Shown: in pieces, positions 59,900 through 64,000 of the stretch
How positions within the stretch are numbered: position 1 is the stretch's first letter
Layout of the letters: each line of letters begins with the position of its first letter
Assembly: GCA_030704615.1 (NCBI GenBank)
Contig: CM060732.1
Location: forward strand, 20,212,001-20,276,000
Direction of reading: 5' to 3'
Length of the DNA: 64,000 nucleotides
DNA from: Takakia lepidozioides
Taxonomy: Eukaryota; Plantae; Bryophyta
Made by a program: the position numbers and the translations under genes
Notes under the pieces: generated by a model
The model's input: the letters and a program-made list of their open reading frames with translations, nothing else
The model's database searches: none
What the model was told of the DNA's origin: nothing

Positions 59900-61850
59900 G
59901 TTGTATAGGTCACTCAGTTCATGCGATACACATAAATGATCTATATAATAATAGGAGGTGCATGTTAGATTGAATATTGAATTATAAAATCTAATCTGCA
60001 TATTTAAATGATATTTGTTATTCATTTTTTCAATTTGATATCCCAAATCCATGTGATTTTTTATTTAAAACAACTTATTGCACGACAATGAAATTTTTTT
60101 ACACATAAATGATCAATATAATAATAAAAGGTACATATAAGAATGAACAGGGAATTGTGATATTTTATATGCATTTAAAAAGGCTGTTGATAGATTTTAA
60201 CTCGATCTGTCACATATTTGTAATTATTTTTAATACAAAATATTTCATTGCATATCTGTCAATACAAATAGAAAACTATAGAGTATACGTCCACACATGT
60301 CCAAATGTTCTTTATCACAATTCCTATGCATCCATCCTATGCATAGATTACTCATAATCTTCTTGAATTCATGGGATACACATAAATGATCTATATAATA
60401 ATAGCAAGTACAGGTACGAATGAATATTAAATTATGAAATCTTATCTGTATTTTAAAATAAATTTTAAATTTTAAAATAATAATAAACATGGTATTGTGA
60501 TATTTTATATGCATCTAAGAAGGCTGTTATAGAATAGATTTATTGGATATATTTGTAATTTTGTTTAGTTAAAAAATATTTCATTGCATATCTGTCAATA
60601 CAAAAATTCCAAGTATTACGAACAAACTAGAAAACTATAGAGTATACGTGCATAGATGTTATTAGATCCAATTGTTCTTCATCACAATTCCTATGCATCC
60701 ATCCTATGCATATGTTACTCATAATCTTCTTGAATTCATGGGATACACATAAATGATATATATAATAATAATAGCAAGTGCGTATACGAGTGAATATTAA
60801 ATTATGAAATCTTATCTGCATTTTGTTATTTTTTTATAATCCGGTCTAACACATCGTTGTATTTTTAATTAAAAATAACTTATTGCAGGACAATGAAAAT
60901 ATTCTACTTATGAGACTCTGTACACATAATTGATCAATATAATAATAGAAAACACATGTAAGAGTGAACACTGAATTGTGATATTTCATATGCATTTAAT
61001 AAGGCACCTTCGCTCCACTTCATTCAGTTTCTTACTTTCGTAAGCCACTGGACGTCCATCCTGCATGAGCACCTTCCCAATTGCGAAGTCCGACGCATCC
61101 GTATGAATTTCAAATGGATGGTCGATCTTCGGGATTTTTAGGACTGGAGCTTCCGCCATCCGCTGCTTCAACTCAGCAAAAGCTTGGCCACAAAAGGTGT
61201 TCCATACCCAAACTTTGGACTTACACAGAAAGTCCGACAGTGGCCCCGCGATCTTGGCGAAATTTCTTACATACTTCCGGTAATAGGAGGCGAGTCCTAG
61301 GAAAGATCGCACTTCCGGGACCGAAGTCGGAGGTTCCCAGTCCAAGATCGCCCTCACCTTTCTGTCATCCATTTTGATCCCATCCTGTGTAATCAGATGC
61401 CCTAGGAATTCCACTTTCGTGACCCCGAATTCACACTTTGAAGTTTTGGCATACAGCTTCCCTTCCCGCAATTTCTGGAACACCCTTTTGAGGTGCTCCA
61501 GGTGCTCTTCCTTTGTTTTCGAGTACACAAAGATGTCGTCGATGTACACAATCACAAAGTCATCCAATCACTCCTGGAAAAGGCTGTTCATTAGCGTGCT
61601 AAAGGTCGCGGGTGCGTTGGTGAGCCTAAAAGGCATCACCAAGAACTCATACGAACCATATCTTGTCCTGCATGCGGTCTTCTACTATAGGATAGATTTT
61701 AATTCAATTTGATTTTTTAATTCACAATATTTTATTGCACATCTCATAATATAAAAATTCTAAGTAATACGAATAAACTAGAACACTATAGATTACATAT
61801 CCACATATTAGATCTAGTTGTTCTTTAAATATCATCAAATTATTACGTTT
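59900..61850. repeat. AT-rich degenerate tandem repeat with units of a few hundred bp
   Basis: Recurring gatacacataaatgatctatataataatag (~59926, 60374, 60742) and gcatccatcctatgcat (60328, 60695). Confidence 0.7.
61006..61683 (-). pseudogene. Isolated Gypsy RT-RNase H fragment of the same family as 9436-12605
   Basis: [13 protein letters not shown]...SFLGLASYYR...HTDASDFAIG. 61452-61683 closely matches 9436-9667. No LTR. Confidence 0.9.
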
Positions 61851-63733
61851 TAGTCCAACATTCTTAAAGACAAGGTCTCATCATATTTGAATTATGCAAA
61901 TAACCTTAAACCCTCTACGTATACGTTAGTGGCGCCATTAAGGTCCCTTAGTGGCGCCACCTACGCTGTTGACGCCCATGTTGTCAACAAGTGGTGTGAA
62001 CAACTAAGTTGATTTGTCGAGGGACGTGGTCATACGGTATTCCTTAGTGTACCAAATGCCCGACAAATCAAAGATGAAAGCATCTAAGCATAAATTTGAA
62101 GAATAAAAGAATCTATTAGAGAATATTCGTTGAACAAGTGGGATGAAGACATGGGCATTTGGTATTCCAACGCATACACCCTGAACAAATTATCTACAAC
62201 CACTAGTGGTTGATTTGTTGTTCTTGGGGAGGCTGTCACACCTATGACTCTAGGATGTTGTTAAATGATTCATCAACAGATTTCTAATACAGGGAAAAGT
62301 AAAACATTCTAAGAGTCATGAGACCCGCATGCAGCACCGGGGAGGATACAAACAAGAGTTGATAAACACAAAAGGCCAGCCAACCATAATTACAATCTAG
62401 TGTTTGATAGAAGTTTCCAGAGTCATGAAGATTCAAAGCACAGGACCAGACCAAGGCCAGGGTCTCTTATTCTACAACACCTGTTTCAAGCCCTAACGGA
62501 TACCATCTGAATTTTTTAATGCAGGTTTTTTGCAGCCTGGAGATGCTCAGAGTACATGCCAGCCATTGTATTAGTGGGCAAACCGTGCTCTTTCCTCTCA
62601 GCTTTTGAGTTTGTGCAGCAGCATATGAATCGCAGACTCTAGCACTCTTTCCAATGTTGACCGATTATACCACAGACTAACTACTAGAAGACAAACCCTG
62701 TGACAACTTTAGCTTAAGCATAAGTAGACAGGTGACCTGTTGCCAGGTACTTGCACACTAATTTGAATGATGATCCTAAGCAAATAATACCTCAGATACA
62801 CAGGGTCATCATCATGCTTATTTACAGCTTCTTTGATCAACACATTAGACCGTGTATCAGGCAGCCCATTGCAAGTAAGCTCTTGGAAACAACAATCATA
62901 AAACAGAAGGGTTCCCAGGCAGAGTGTCTCACAACAGATAAAAGAACTACTCCACATGAATGTAGAACAAACTTGACCTGGCCAAGGCCTTGCAAAACCA
63001 ATGACCAAGTAGTGAAAGCCACGTCCCAAAGTAAAAACTCACAGAATGAGCACAGAAATGGCGATGTCCTGAAAGATGTTGATGAAAGATGTTCAGCTAT
63101 TATAAGCACACGGAACGCATTCCGGGAAGGGTAGATCAGATATCATCGATTACATTTATCAGGTCCGAAAGGCTTGTTAGATGTCACATGACTCTTGCGC
63201 TACTCTGAAGGCTGACCACAACCTTAGCAACAGCACACCTTCCAGTATCTGTGACCTGTGGGCAGCAGCATGCTCTTTAAAGTAGCCGGGATAGGGCCAC
63301 TTCCAAGGAAATTGCAAATACAAGGACAGAAGAAAAGACGCACAAAAACAGTATAGACATCCACTAAGGACAGATTGGCCAAATACTTCAAAATCAAAAT
63401 CGACATAACCGAAATTATTGCGCTTCTGTTATCTACCCAAAATGTAGCCATGGAGGAGATGACGACCACAACGCATGTGTCCATCCTCCACAGCTATCTA
63501 AGCATTCCAGAACGTCATTAAAGAAGAATACATTACTGCGAAAATGAGCAGGCAGCCCAACAAAGCTCACCAACACAGAAGCGCCATCTGCGGAACCATG
63601 TTAAGGCTTCGCAACGCTCATACGAAGCCACCGGCTGCTCGCAGAAATTGATGTATCGCGGCTGCAGAGATAGCACTCCAAAATCGCTCGCCCACCAAAC
63701 AATTCCGGGACAAGCAGAACACTGCAAGCCACA

Positions 63734-63799
63734 CTACTTGGATCTTTGCCTCATCTTCCTGCGCTTGCGCTTCAGCCGCCTCATACGCTTTTTCTTCCA
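63734..63799 (-). CDS. RPL41: Ribosomal protein eL41 (eS32), last coding exon; first exon at or beyond the window end
   Basis: After a CAG acceptor (63802-63800) it reads WKKKRMRRLKRKRRKMRQRSK*, the plant L41 sequence minus MRAK. Candidate donor G|GTTTAC at 64000/63999. Too short for the ORF track. Confidence 0.93.
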   Translation of the reverse strand, partial: WKKKRMRRLKRKRRKMRQRSK

Positions 63800-64000
63800 C
63801 TGTATTCCGTCCACACCCAGTTCACAACAACCGGGCAGACTCAAAACTACTACTCACTGGCTGCTCATTAAATCTTGCAGATGATTAAAAACTATTTCCC
63901 TGCTATTAGTGTCTTTCTTGTGGTCTACGTTACTCGGACATGCATCTGCAACAAACAAGCCGAAGATCCTCGACAAAAAGCGCAGGAGGCACAGTAAACC

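Noticed and set aside
62709-63727. Short ORFs downstream of RPL41
   Set aside because: No motifs and overlapping frames on both strands; more likely UTR, intron or intergenic sequence.

Overview
Repeat-rich eukaryotic DNA with spliceosomal GT-AG introns, most likely from a non-seed land plant (inferred from a plant RPL41 exon, a starch synthase 6-like remnant and the Gypsy types; the species cannot be determined). It is mostly nested, decaying transposons. The main result is a family of ~10-12.5 kb Mutator-like DNA transposons (MULEs): three copies with 9-10 bp target-site duplications (2056-14504, 18503-29986, 44947-55291) and part of a fourth (1-1476). Each TSD-bounded copy carries two divergently oriented genes. 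One is a GCM-like zinc-finger/MULE-DDE/SWIM transposase. The other is a multi-exon gene joining a ParB/Sulfiredoxin-fold domain (WDGNHR) to a bacterial-type beta-class N4C/N6A DNA-methyltransferase domain with an atypical DIPDG motif IV. Each copy also has its own 20-28 bp palindrome repeated 8-12 times in non-coding DNA. This suggests an element-specific self-marking or anti-silencing system, conceptually like VANDAL/VANC but using a ParB-methyltransferase; the function is inference. The three TSD-bounded copies all carry disabling mutations and copy 0 is truncated. Also present: two Ty3/Gypsy elements, an RLE-type LINE fragment, tRNA-derived SINEs, a possible CACTA remnant, an SS6-like pseudogene and the last coding exon of RPL41. 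All calls come from reading the sequence by eye; no searches were run.
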